The notes beneath the pieces were generated by a model. The model had not been told where the DNA came from. It did not search any database and saw nothing but the letters and a program-made list of their open reading frames with translations. A stretch of DNA of 64,000 nt from an uncultured Gemmatimonadales bacterium. Its GTDB lineage: Bacteria > Gemmatimonadota > Gemmatimonadetes > Gemmatimonadales > GWC2-71-9. Where the stretch lies: the NCBI GenBank assembly GCA_963748815.1, contig CAVVKJ010000010.1, positions 960,001 to 1,024,000 of the forward strand, in the 5' to 3' direction. Within the stretch, counting starts at the first letter, position 1; every line of letters starts with the position of its first letter. This document shows, piece after piece, positions 43,277-53,113 of the stretch. A program made the position numbers and the translations under genes.

Positions 43277-44988
43277 TGGACCTTGACCTCCACGACCGGA
43301 TGTCCGTCGGCATCGAGCACGTGCACGCCGCACGACATGCAGGGATCAAAGGAGTGAATGGTGCGCAGGATCTCGAGTGGTTGCTCCGGCCGCACCAAGG
43401 GGTGGTGGTCCATGAGCGCCGCCTCGTACGGGCCGGGCACGCCCTGCTCGTCCCTCGGCGAGCAGTTCCAGGTGCTCGGCACGACGCACTGATACCGCGA
43501 AATCTTGCCGTCCTCGATCTGGACCCAGTGGCCGAGGGCGCCACGCGCGGCGTCGAGGTAGCCGTAACCCTGGGCCGACTTCGGCCAGGTTTCCGGATCC
43601 CACTTGTCGCCGTTGAAGGTGCGGGTGTCGCCGTTCTTGATGCGGTTCACCAGCTGGCCGTACCAGTTCTGCATCTGGTTGGCCAGCAGGACCGTCTCCA
43701 TGCAGCGGGCGCCGACGCGGCCGAGCGTGGAGAAGAGGGCGGCAGGTGGCACATCGAGCCGGGTCAGGAGTTCGGTGACGATTTCCTTGATGTCCTGCTG
43801 CCCGGCGGCGTAGCCGACCAGCATCCGCGAGAGAGGACCGACCTCCATGGGGCGCCCGTCGTACCGCGGCGACTTCATCCAGGTGTACTTCTTCTCGTCC
43901 TGCAGGTAGGTCCACGGCGTCGGCGGGCCGGTGTACTTCGGCACCGTCTCCCCTTCCCACGGGTGGAGCGAAGCGGCGTCGCCGCCGGAGTACTCGTACC
44001 AGGAACTGGTGATGCCTTCCGTCACCAGCGTGTGGTCGTAGGGGTAGACCTTCGAGAGGTCCCGGTTCAGGACGATCCCGCGCGGGAAGTAGAGCGAATC
44101 GAGGTCGTTGCTGTCCACCGAGGCGTACTCGCCCACGGTCAGGTAGTTGCCGGTGCCGCCGCCGATGGCGCCCCAGTCCTTGTAGAACCCGGCGATGGCC
44201 TGCACGTCGGGCCAGTACACCTCGTCGACGAAGCGCTTGGCGCGGGTGATCATCGCCTGCACATCGGCGAGCCGCGCCGCGTTGATGGTGGCGGTGTCGT
44301 TGAGGTTGATGGCGCTGGCCATGCCGCCGACGAGGAAATTCGGGTGCGGATTCTTGCCGCCGAAGATGGTGTGGAGCCGGATGACGTCCTTCTGCCAGTC
44401 GAGCGCCTCGAGGTAATGCGCCACCGCCAGCAGGTTGACCTCCGGCGGGAGCTTGTAGGCGGGGTGGCCCCAGTACCCGTTGGTGAAGATGCCGAGCTGG
44501 CCGCCGGCGGCGAAGGTCTTGATCCGGTTCTGCACTTCCGCGAAGTAGGTGGCGGAGTTGTTCGGCCAGGGGGAGATGCTCTTGGCGATGGCGGCGGTCT
44601 TGGCCGGATCGGCGCTGAGCGAGCTGATGATGTCCACCCAGTCGAGCGCGTGCAGGTGGTAGAAGTGGATGACGTGGTCCTGGATGGTCTGCATCCCGTG
44701 GACCAGGTTGCGGATGAGGGTGGCGTTGGGCGGGATGGTGATGCCCAGCGCGTCCTCCACCGCACGACAGGAGGCCACGGCGTGCACGACCGTGCAGACG
44801 CCACAGATGCGCTGGGTGAAGGCCCAGGCGTCGCGCGGGTCGCGCCCCGTCATGATGGTCTCGATGCCGCGGAACTGCGTGGACGATGCCCAGGCCGTGG
44901 AGATCATCCCGTTCTCGGCCTGCGCCTCGATCCGGAGGTGTCCCTCGATCCGGGTGATGGGGTCTACGACCACTTTAGTCCTGGCCAT
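43273..44988 (-). CDS. Group 1 [NiFe]-hydrogenase large subunit
   Basis: DPITRIEGH, L1 QRICGVCTVVH, L2 SFDPCMSCGVH plus a cleavable C-terminal extension. Confidence 0.97.
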   Translation of the reverse strand: MARTKVVVDPITRIEGHLRIEAQAENGMISTAWASSTQFRGIETIMTGRDPRDAWAFTQRICGVCTVVHAVASCRAVEDALGITIPPNATLIRNLVHGMQTIQDHVIHFYHLHALDWVDIISSLSADPAKTAAIAKSISPWPNNSATYFAEVQNRIKTFAAGGQLGIFTNGYWGHPAYKLPPEVNLLAVAHYLEALDWQKDVIRLHTIFGGKNPHPNFLVGGMASAINLNDTATINAARLADVQAMITRAKRFVDEVYWPDVQAIAGFYKDWGAIGGGTGNYLTVGEYASVDSNDLDSLYFPRGIVLNRDLSKVYPYDHTLVTEGITSSWYEYSGGDAASLHPWEGETVPKYTGPPTPWTYLQDEKKYTWMKSPRYDGRPMEVGPLSRMLVGYAAGQQDIKEIVTELLTRLDVPPAALFSTLGRVGARCMETVLLANQMQNWYGQLVNRIKNGDTRTFNGDKWDPETWPKSAQGYGYLDAARGALGHWVQIEDGKISRYQCVVPSTWNCSPRDEQGVPGPYEAALMDHHPLVRPEQPLEILRTIHSFDPCMSCGVHVLDADGHPVVEVKVQ

Positions 44989-46111
44989 CGTGACCTCCCT
45001 CCGCCGCCGCAGCCGCCTTCTTGCGCGAGCGAATCTGGTGTACGGTTGTGGCGGCGGCATGGGCGGCCACGCCGGCAATGGCACCGGCGGCCAACGCGGC
45101 GCCGATGGTGTCCGCCGTCTGCTCGATGCCGATTCCGGCCACGTTGGGGAGCCGGGTGTAGAACGGGGTCATCGTGTCCCAGAACCCGCGCTCGGTGCAT
45201 CCGATGCAGGGATGCCCGGCGCCGATGGGCCAACTGGTCTTCATGTTCCACATGAAGATCGGACAGGGGCTGAAGGTCGCCGGACCCTTGCACCCCACCT
45301 TATACAGGCACCACCCCTTGCGGGCGGCTTCGTCGTCAAACTCCTCCACGTACTGGCCGGCGTCGAAGTTGGCGCGGCGCGGGCACTGGTCGTGAATCCG
45401 CGCGCCGTAGGCGAAGAGCGGACGACCGTCGGCGTCGAGTTCCGGGAGCCCGCCGAAGGTCAGGTAGTGCACCAGCGTCGCGGTCACCGTCTCGGCGATC
45501 GGGGGGCACCCGGTCAGGTGGACCACCGGCTTGTCCTTGATGATCTCGGCGATGCCCACCGCCCCGGTGGGGTTCGGCTTGGCGGCCTGGACGCTGCCCC
45601 AATGGGCGCAGGCGCCCACGCCGATGACGGCCTTGGCGCCCGCGGCGGCCTCGATCAGCACCTCCTTGGCGGTCCGGCCACCGATCACGGTATAGATGCC
45701 GTCCTCCGCCAGCGGCACCGATCCGGTCACCACCAGGAGGTACTCCCCCATGTTGGCCTTCATCGAGGCGTGCAGCGCATCCTCCGCCGCCGTGCCCGAT
45801 GCCGCCATGAGGGTGTGGGAGTAGTCGAGGGAGACGATGTTGAGGATCAGCTCGCCGATGGAGGGATCGGCGCTGCGCAGGACACTCTCGACGCAGCCGG
45901 TGCATTCCTGCAGCTGGATCCAGATGACCACCGGCCGTTTGACGCCTTCCAGCGCGGCGGCCACGCGCGGGGCGGCCATTTCGGTCAGGCCGAGGAGGAC
46001 GGCCATCTGGCCGCAGAACTCGAGGAACTCGCGGCGCGACACGCCGCTCGCCTCGAGATGCTCTCCAAGGGTCTGGTCCTTGGCCCAGGGGAACTGCGTC
46101 GGAAAGAACAT
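44975..46111 (-). CDS. Group 1 [NiFe]-hydrogenase small subunit, Tat-exported with C-terminal TM anchor
   Basis: SRREFLEFC, ECTGCVES, GACAHWG, GCPP, HDQCPRR..CLYKVGC, HPCIGC. Confidence 0.97.
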   Translation of the reverse strand: MFFPTQFPWAKDQTLGEHLEASGVSRREFLEFCGQMAVLLGLTEMAAPRVAAALEGVKRPVVIWIQLQECTGCVESVLRSADPSIGELILNIVSLDYSHTLMAASGTAAEDALHASMKANMGEYLLVVTGSVPLAEDGIYTVIGGRTAKEVLIEAAAGAKAVIGVGACAHWGSVQAAKPNPTGAVGIAEIIKDKPVVHLTGCPPIAETVTATLVHYLTFGGLPELDADGRPLFAYGARIHDQCPRRANFDAGQYVEEFDDEAARKGWCLYKVGCKGPATFSPCPIFMWNMKTSWPIGAGHPCIGCTERGFWDTMTPFYTRLPNVAGIGIEQTADTIGAALAAGAIAGVAAHAAATTVHQIRSRKKAAAAAEGGHDGQD

Positions 46112-46299
46112 CGTGTCGACCTCCGGTCCACTGGTGCGGGATGGACCGGCGGCGGGAGGAGCCCGCCGTCGGGGGGAATCCAACTGCCGCAACATCTGTG
46201 GCGGCCGATAAATGCGGTCTGAATAGTTTCTGAAGATGCGTTCAGTATTTCTACGTACTGACACGAAGGAGTTCCGGGCCCATCACCAGGAGTCGCCTC

Positions 46300-46315
46300 T
46301 TGAAGAGCTCATCAA
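46300..46315. promoter_or_regulatory. Imperfect palindrome in the divergent hydrogenase/cytochrome intergenic region
   Basis: TTGAAGAGCTCATCAA (14 of 16 positions palindromic). Confidence 0.35.
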
Positions 46316-46496
46316 AGTGGTCGCGTGGCGCTGCGGATCCGGTGATTGCCGTGCCCGAACCCAAGATTCTCCAAAGAGTTAGTGAAGGAACCATGAACTT
46401 TGTAACGAGACCCCCGTATTGCCACGGAGACCCATTGCGCGAAAGCCCGGATAGGGGAAAATTGCCTGCGTCCTCCCTCACTCAAGGGTCATTCTT

Positions 46497-48180
46497 ATGA
46501 CGTCTCGCACCGTTCGCTCCCGCTCCTTCGCCGCCATCCTCGGCACCCTGGCGCTCTTCGTACTGGCCGGCTGCACCGAGACCAACACCGAGTATGTCGA
46601 GCGGCCGCAGTTCAACCCGCCGCCGGACTCGGTCAACGGCTACATGGGCTACTACAACGCCGCGACGAAGCAGACCACCTGCGGCAACTGCCACTCGGGG
46701 TATCAGGGCGAGTGGGTCACGACCGCGCACGCCGACGCATACGACGGGCTGGTCAACTCCGGCCACGCCCAGTCGTACTGCTTCGGCTGTCATACCGTGA
46801 GCGACCTCGGCAACACCGGCTCCGCCTCGGGCGAGCCGGGCGGGTGGGGCGTCGTCGAGAGCCCGGCCTATCACGACGTGCAGTGCGAGAGCTGCCACGG
46901 CCCGGGCTACGACCACGTGTCGAACCCGACCGACGACAACCATCCGCTCGCGCGCGCCGGCCTCAAGGACACCGTGGCCAGCTGCGGCGGTTGCCACAGC
47001 GGCGAGCACGAGCCCTTCACGGAGCAGTGGTCGCAGACCGGCCACGCCGACTCCACGGCCAACGCCAGCCCGGCCGGCAACGCGGCCGGCGGGTGCACGG
47101 CCTGCCACGAAGGTCGGACCGCCATGGCCCGATTCAACGGCGGCAAGCCGAGCACCTACATTGAGCTCGATTCTGTCGGCGAGATCACCACGCTGCCGCC
47201 GGCCACCTGCGCCGTCTGCCACGACCCGCACGGGAGCCCCTACCAGGCACAGCTGCGGCTGCCGGTGGATGCCCCCGACCTCACCGCCAACCTCTGCATG
47301 AACTGCCACAACCGGGGCACGGCGCCGCCGAACAACTTCTCCAATTCGACCGCGACCAGCACCAAGCGCGGCGCGCACGCGTCGCAGGGGCCGATCGTGC
47401 TCGGGCAGGGCGCCGGATACATCCCACGGTACTTCTCCTACGACACCGTCCGGGCGTACACGTCGCACGCCTCCATCAACAACCCGCGGCTTTGCGCCGG
47501 CTGCCACGTCAACTCCTTCGAAGTGACCGACGCGAACGGGTTCGTGTTCCAGTCGGTCGGACACCTCTTCTCGCCCGATCCCTGCCTCGACGCCAGTGGC
47601 GTCCCGACTACCGACAACAGCTTGCGCCTACCTGCCCAGTACCACCCGCAACTGGACCGGCTGTCTCGCCGCCGGCTGCCATGCCAGCGCCGACGTGGCG
47701 GCCACCGCGCTCACCAACAGCCGAAACCTGGTGGCCAGCCTCGCCGACCAGCTCTGGAACGACGTGAACCCGACGCTCAACAACGGCGGTGAGCCGTACA
47801 TGGATGCGGGGGACACTGGCGCGCTGGTTTACCTGCTCTTCACAGCCGGCAATCCGTATACGATGATCAATGCCACGGATAGCGTGCAGGCCTTCAACGC
47901 CAATGACAACATCGTCTCCCCGGCGGAAGGCGCCCTCTTCAACATCATGATGTTCGCCGAGGACCTGTACGATCACAACGACGGCTCCTACGGCGTCCAC
48001 AATCCCTTCTACTACCAGTCGCTGCTCGCGGCCAGCATCGCCGAAGTCAACGACGTCTACAATGCGTTCCTCCCGAGTCCGCCGAGCCCCGCCATCAAGG
48101 CGCTCATGGACAAGGCGCTGAGCCGCCCGGGGGTCACCTACAATCCACCGTCACGCACGAAGTTGAGCGCCGCACGTTAG
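46497..48180 (+). CDS. Lipoprotein multiheme cytochrome c, about 9 hemes (one frameshift near 47622)
   Basis: Lipobox LAGC; 8 CxxCH plus CLAAGCH; C-terminal helical region with DGSYGVHNP. Confidence 0.88.
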
Positions 48181-48184
48181 CCGC

Positions 48185-50185
48185 GTGATCGCCCAGACAC
48201 TGCACTCGCTCTATCCGACCATGGCTCCCGGCACCACGCCGGGAGCCATGGTCGATTCTTTGCAGGCCGCCCAGGCCGACAGCGGACTGGTGCCCACGCC
48301 GCTGCCGGACCCGGTGGTCAACCTGGTCCAGTGGATCTTCCAGCGCCCGGGCTGGGTCATGGTCTCGGGGATCGTGATTGGCGCCGTCGTCGGCGTCGTG
48401 GCCGCCTGGTTCCTCTGGAAGCACCGCAGGGACATCTGGACCTGGCTCGCCACCCGGAGCCGCGGCACCAAGCTCCTGATGGTCTCGACCGCGGGTGTGT
48501 TCCTCCTCGCCGCCGGCACGGTGGGCTACAAGGTCAACCACTACATGGAACACGACAACGACTTCTGTCGCGGTTGCCATGTGTTCATTCCGTACGGCCA
48601 GCCGTTCGTCCGGCCCGATACCGGCACCTACCTGATCGTCAACCAGCTCGAGGGGAAGCACGACACCCTCGAGTGCCACGACTGCCACCTCCCCGACAAG
48701 ATCGCCCAGGCGCAGGAGCTGATCCTGTGGATGGTGGACCGGCCCGACAAGGTGCCGGAACACGCCAAGGTGCCGCCCACGGTCTGCAAGAGCTGCCACG
48801 AATCGGGGGAGGCCAAGGAAACCTGGCAGGAAATCGTCACCACCGCAGGGCACCGGGTCCACTTCGAGTCTGATTCGCTGAAGGACAAGAATCTGGAGTG
48901 CCTGACTTGCCACGCGCGGTCGGCGCACCGCTTCGAACCGGTGGACTCCACCTGCGCCCAGCAGGGATGTCACCTGACCGACGAGGTGACCATCAAGCTC
49001 GGCAAGATGACCGACGCGGTGGGGCTCCACTGTGCCGTCTGCCACGAGTTCACCGCCGCAGTGCCCAGACTGGCCACTGTTGATTCAGCCTCCGGGACCC
49101 TGGTCCCCGGGGACAACCAGTGCTTCAGCTGCCACGAAATGCAGCAGCGGCTCCAGGACTTCGACCCGACGCATGACCCGCATAACGGGAAGTGCGGGAT
49201 GTGCCACAACCCGCACACCAACGTCCAGCCGGACGACGCCCTCAAGAGCTGCGCGACAGCCGCCTGCCACGGCGACTGGCGCAAGGTCGAGTTCCACACC
49301 GGGGCGGCGCACCGCAAGGGGATCGAGGACTGCGAAACGTGCCACACGCCGCATGCCGCACGGGTGGACGCCAGCGCCTGCGCCAGTTGCCACGAACGGG
49401 TGCGCGGATCGGCCACCGGAAAGGCGGCGGGACGAAAGCCTCCCCTGCCCTTCGACACCACCAAGGCGCTCCGGTCGAGTTCGGCGCAGCCAGACCCGAC
49501 CAGCCCCCACGGAAAGGGCGATGCGCCGCCGGATGACGACCCTCCGGCGGCGTTGGTCTCTCAGGCCCCCGCCGACAGCTTCGAGCACGCCCGGCACAAG
49601 GACCTGAGCTGCATCACCTGCCACACGACCTCCAACCCGACCTCGACCCTGAACTTTGCCGCGCCGCGCGGGTGCCAGATCTGTCATCACACCGCCACCG
49701 CGAAGCGCGATTGCGCCGTCTGTCACACCCCCGCCGAGCAGGGCCCCGAGACGGTGCGCGTCACGGTCACCGTGCCGGAACATGCCCCCCGGCCCCGGGA
49801 GGTGTCGTTCGAGCACGCCAAGCACACCGAGGTGGCGTGCAAGGAGTGCCACGCCACGCCGGTGACGCTCGCCCCCGAGGCGCCGGTCAAGGGGTGCATC
49901 TCCTGCCACGACCAGCACCACACCGAGGCGAAGGACTGCGCCGCCTGTCACGCCGGCGGCGACATCGACACCCCCCATGCGCCCCCCGCCGTCGCCCATG
50001 AAGGGTGCGACGCCTGTCATACTCCGGCGCGTATCGCGCAGCTGACGCCGTCGCGGCCGTTCTGCCTGACCTGCCACCAGCCGCAGCGAGCCGATCACTA
50101 CCCGACGAAGGAGTGCACGCCGTGCCACCTCGACGCGACGCCGGCCGAATGGCGGTCGCGACTGGTGGGTGGGAGGGGCATGTGA
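48185..50185 (+). CDS. Membrane-anchored NapC/NirT-like cytochrome fused to a long multiheme extension (about 20 hemes)
   Basis: Two N-terminal TM helices, then FCRGCH and CHDCHLP; 18 CxxCH plus 2 CxxxxCH in total. Confidence 0.88.
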   Translation: MIAQTLHSLYPTMAPGTTPGAMVDSLQAAQADSGLVPTPLPDPVVNLVQWIFQRPGWVMVSGIVIGAVVGVVAAWFLWKHRRDIWTWLATRSRGTKLLMVSTAGVFLLAAGTVGYKVNHYMEHDNDFCRGCHVFIPYGQPFVRPDTGTYLIVNQLEGKHDTLECHDCHLPDKIAQAQELILWMVDRPDKVPEHAKVPPTVCKSCHESGEAKETWQEIVTTAGHRVHFESDSLKDKNLECLTCHARSAHRFEPVDSTCAQQGCHLTDEVTIKLGKMTDAVGLHCAVCHEFTAAVPRLATVDSASGTLVPGDNQCFSCHEMQQRLQDFDPTHDPHNGKCGMCHNPHTNVQPDDALKSCATAACHGDWRKVEFHTGAAHRKGIEDCETCHTPHAARVDASACASCHERVRGSATGKAAGRKPPLPFDTTKALRSSSAQPDPTSPHGKGDAPPDDDPPAALVSQAPADSFEHARHKDLSCITCHTTSNPTSTLNFAAPRGCQICHHTATAKRDCAVCHTPAEQGPETVRVTVTVPEHAPRPREVSFEHAKHTEVACKECHATPVTLAPEAPVKGCISCHDQHHTEAKDCAACHAGGDIDTPHAPPAVAHEGCDACHTPARIAQLTPSRPFCLTCHQPQRADHYPTKECTPCHLDATPAEWRSRLVGGRGM

Positions 50186-51672
50186 ACCTGCGGAGCGCCG
50201 CCGCCGCGGTCGTGCTGGTGGTTTTCCTCCCGGCCGCCGGTTCGGCCCAGGGCTACAACCTTCGCCTCACGGGCGGCATCCAGGGGGTGAGCTTCCGCGG
50301 CTACACCGCGGACAGCATCCCCATCGACAGCGTGGTCACCACCGGCAACGGAAGCCTCGAGACCCCCACCGGCTACGCCGTGTCCTGCACCTCGGGCGTG
50401 GCCTACTGCAACTACTGGGTCCCGGGTCCCATCAACACCACTGCCCCCGCCGTGGCGCAGGCCGCGCTGACGATGTGGGGCCTCGGCCTCCCCGGCCTGC
50501 GCGTGCAGGTCAACGGCTACGCCACCACCGACTTCAACACCGCCGCCTCCTGGCCGGGCACCTCGCCCAACTTCCAGCTCATCGAGGGCTACGCCGAATA
50601 CGCCGCCCCCGCCTGGACGCTCGTCGCCGGGCGCAAGCTCATTGCCGGGCGCCTGGGGGCGTACGGCTTCGACGGCGGGCAACTCACGGGACGGCTCCCG
50701 AGTGCCGGGCTGGCGCTCTCGGGCTATGTCGGCTGGGGGCTGGCGCAGGGCTCGAACCTCCTCTTCACCTCCAGCGAGGCGAATCCCCAGGAGGACTACC
50801 AGCCGGCGGAGAGCCCGATCGTTGCCGGCTTGATCGGCACCTGGAATTCGCCGCACGCTGAACTGAGCGCCGAATACCGGAGGGAAGTGGACCAGACCAC
50901 CGACTACTTCGGGTCCGAGCGGATCGCCGCGTCGGCGACCCTCCGACCCTACGGAAGCTGGAGTCTGGTCGGCGGCGCGATTTACGACATGGCCAGCGGG
51001 CTGTGGGGCAGCGCAGACGCCGCTCTCCGCTTCGCCACCCCCAAGCTTGGCGTGGTGGCCGGGTATCGGCGCTACGCCCCGTTCTATGAGCTCTGGACCG
51101 TCTGGGGCGCCTTCAGTCCCGTACCGTACAACGCCCTCTACGGGTCCGTGTCGTACCAGGCCACGAAGCGGCTCCAGCTCCGGCTCCGCGGGGAGACCTA
51201 CCAGTTCGAGGATTCCGAGACCCTGACGCCGCTGGTTTCCATCGGCGACTCGGGATGGCGGTATTCGCTCGGTGGGACCTACCAGATTTCGAACGCCTGG
51301 CAGGCCCAACTCGGGTATGAGAACGAGTTCGGCACCGGCGCCTCGTCGAGCGGCTGGGACGGCAACGTCACCTTCTCGCCCAACGGCAAGTACTCCATCA
51401 TGGTGTACGGGAATTCGCTGTCACGACCGCTGGAATACCGCTGGGACCAGTCGGTGGTCCTCGTGTACGGGATGCAGGCCTCCGTGGTGGCGCGGGACAA
51501 CGTGAGCGTCGCCTTCACGATGGCCCGGTACGATGAAAACCGGGAACGTCCCGACGCCGCATCGTTCGAGTGGGACCAGATCCGCTTCGGGGCCAAGGTC
51601 GTCATGACCTTCAGCTCGGCCGACCGGCTGCCCCTCCCCAAGGCCATCACCAACCGACCGGCGGGGTACTGA
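50182..51672 (+). CDS. Outer-membrane beta-barrel protein (putative cytochrome porin)
   Basis: GTG overlapping the upstream stop, signal peptide ending GSAQG, 496 aa rich in G/Y/W/S/T with alternating amphipathic strands, no heme motifs, sits between cytochrome genes. Confidence 0.75.
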   Translation: MNLRSAAAAVVLVVFLPAAGSAQGYNLRLTGGIQGVSFRGYTADSIPIDSVVTTGNGSLETPTGYAVSCTSGVAYCNYWVPGPINTTAPAVAQAALTMWGLGLPGLRVQVNGYATTDFNTAASWPGTSPNFQLIEGYAEYAAPAWTLVAGRKLIAGRLGAYGFDGGQLTGRLPSAGLALSGYVGWGLAQGSNLLFTSSEANPQEDYQPAESPIVAGLIGTWNSPHAELSAEYRREVDQTTDYFGSERIAASATLRPYGSWSLVGGAIYDMASGLWGSADAALRFATPKLGVVAGYRRYAPFYELWTVWGAFSPVPYNALYGSVSYQATKRLQLRLRGETYQFEDSETLTPLVSIGDSGWRYSLGGTYQISNAWQAQLGYENEFGTGASSSGWDGNVTFSPNGKYSIMVYGNSLSRPLEYRWDQSVVLVYGMQASVVARDNVSVAFTMARYDENRERPDAASFEWDQIRFGAKVVMTFSSADRLPLPKAITNRPAGY

Positions 51673-51673
51673 A

Positions 51674-53113
51674 ATGCGTCGCGTACTCCTGCCCCTGATA
51701 CTGGCGCTCGCCGCGCTCTCGGCCCCCGCGGCCGCGCAGCAGGGTGACCATTTCGACCACCCGCAGCACGCCAAGGTCTTCCCGACCTGCACCGCCTGTC
51801 ATGCCGGCGCTCTCAATCCCTCCCGGCCGCTCCTCCCCTCCGGGCAATCGTGCGCCAGCTGCCACGACGGCACCATCGAGCGCCGGGTGGACTGGAAGGC
51901 GCCCGCGCCGACGGGAACCAACCTTCGATTCACGCACGCCGAGCACAGGCAGGAGGTGCTCGCCAAGGCAGGAGGCGACTCCACGCTCACCTGCCAGGCC
52001 TGCCACATTCCCGAGGGCAGCGCCTGGATGACGGTGGAGCCGGCGGTCATGCCGCAGTGCCTGGCCTGTCACGGCGTCAAGGCGGCGCACCTCGCCGCCC
52101 CCGACACCGCGTGCGCCACCTGCCACCTCACGCTGGCGCAGGCGACCACGCTGACCTCGGCGCAGGTGAAGGAGTTCCCGGCACCGCCGTCGCATGAGGC
52201 GGCCGGGTTCATGGGCGCCGACGGGCACGGCGCGCAGGCGCAGGCCGGCACCGGGCCGACGACCTACCTCGTGGCACCAAGCTGCGCCACCTGCCACGCG
52301 CAGGAGTTCTGCATTACCTGTCACGTGAACGCCCCGGAAACACCGACCATCCAGGCGCTGGCCCAGGACCCCCGATCGCTCGCCATTCCGGCGCGTCTCG
52401 AGGAACCCGCCACGCACGAGCAGCCCAATTTCGTGACGACCCACGGCAAGTCGGCGCGCAAGAGTGCCGCCGCCTGCCAGACCTGTCACACCCAGGAGAG
52501 CTGCCTCTCCTGTCACATCACGCCGCCGCGGTCGGTCGCCACGCTCTACGCGAGCGGTCCCGGTCGGGGGGCGGGCGCCCAGGTGGAGCGGAGCCGTCCG
52601 GCCAGCCACATGGCCGACTTCAGCACCATCCACTCGCCAGTGGCCAACAGCAACCCGCAGTCGTGCGAGGGGTGCCACGCGCGCCCGCAGTGCCTCGATT
52701 GCCATCGCGGGACGCCCGACCGCACGCCGCAGTACCACCCGCAGACCTTCCTCGAGCGGCATCCGGCGGCGGCGTACGCGCGCGAGACCAACTGCAGCGA
52801 CTGCCACAACCCCGGCGCCTTCTGCCAGACCTGTCACGTACAGTCGGGCCTCGGCAGCCCCAAGGGAGCGCTCCAGGCGGGCTACCATGACGCCTACCCG
52901 GCCTTCCTGCTCAACCACGGCCAGGCGGCCCGCCAGAGCCTCGAAAGCTGCACCTCGTGTCACGTCGAGAAGGACTGCCTGAGCTGCCACTCGGCGCTCT
53001 ACGGCCGCGGCTTCAACCCGCACGGCCCCGGGTTCGACCCCGAGCAGCTCCGCTCCAAGAACCCGCAGATGTGCACTGTATGTCACGGACAGCGGGTGCC
53101 GAGTTCGAAGTGA
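51674..53113 (+). CDS. Secreted 16-heme cytochrome c
   Basis: Sec signal ending AAAQQ; 16 CxxCH motifs. Confidence 0.92.
   Translation: MRRVLLPLILALAALSAPAAAQQGDHFDHPQHAKVFPTCTACHAGALNPSRPLLPSGQSCASCHDGTIERRVDWKAPAPTGTNLRFTHAEHRQEVLAKAGGDSTLTCQACHIPEGSAWMTVEPAVMPQCLACHGVKAAHLAAPDTACATCHLTLAQATTLTSAQVKEFPAPPSHEAAGFMGADGHGAQAQAGTGPTTYLVAPSCATCHAQEFCITCHVNAPETPTIQALAQDPRSLAIPARLEEPATHEQPNFVTTHGKSARKSAAACQTCHTQESCLSCHITPPRSVATLYASGPGRGAGAQVERSRPASHMADFSTIHSPVANSNPQSCEGCHARPQCLDCHRGTPDRTPQYHPQTFLERHPAAAYARETNCSDCHNPGAFCQTCHVQSGLGSPKGALQAGYHDAYPAFLLNHGQAARQSLESCTSCHVEKDCLSCHSALYGRGFNPHGPGFDPEQLRSKNPQMCTVCHGQRVPSSK

Noticed and set aside
46497..48180. NrfA nitrite reductase call for the lipoprotein cytochrome next to an NrfH-like gene
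   Set aside because: No CxxCK active-site motif, and the heme count does not match pentaheme NrfA.
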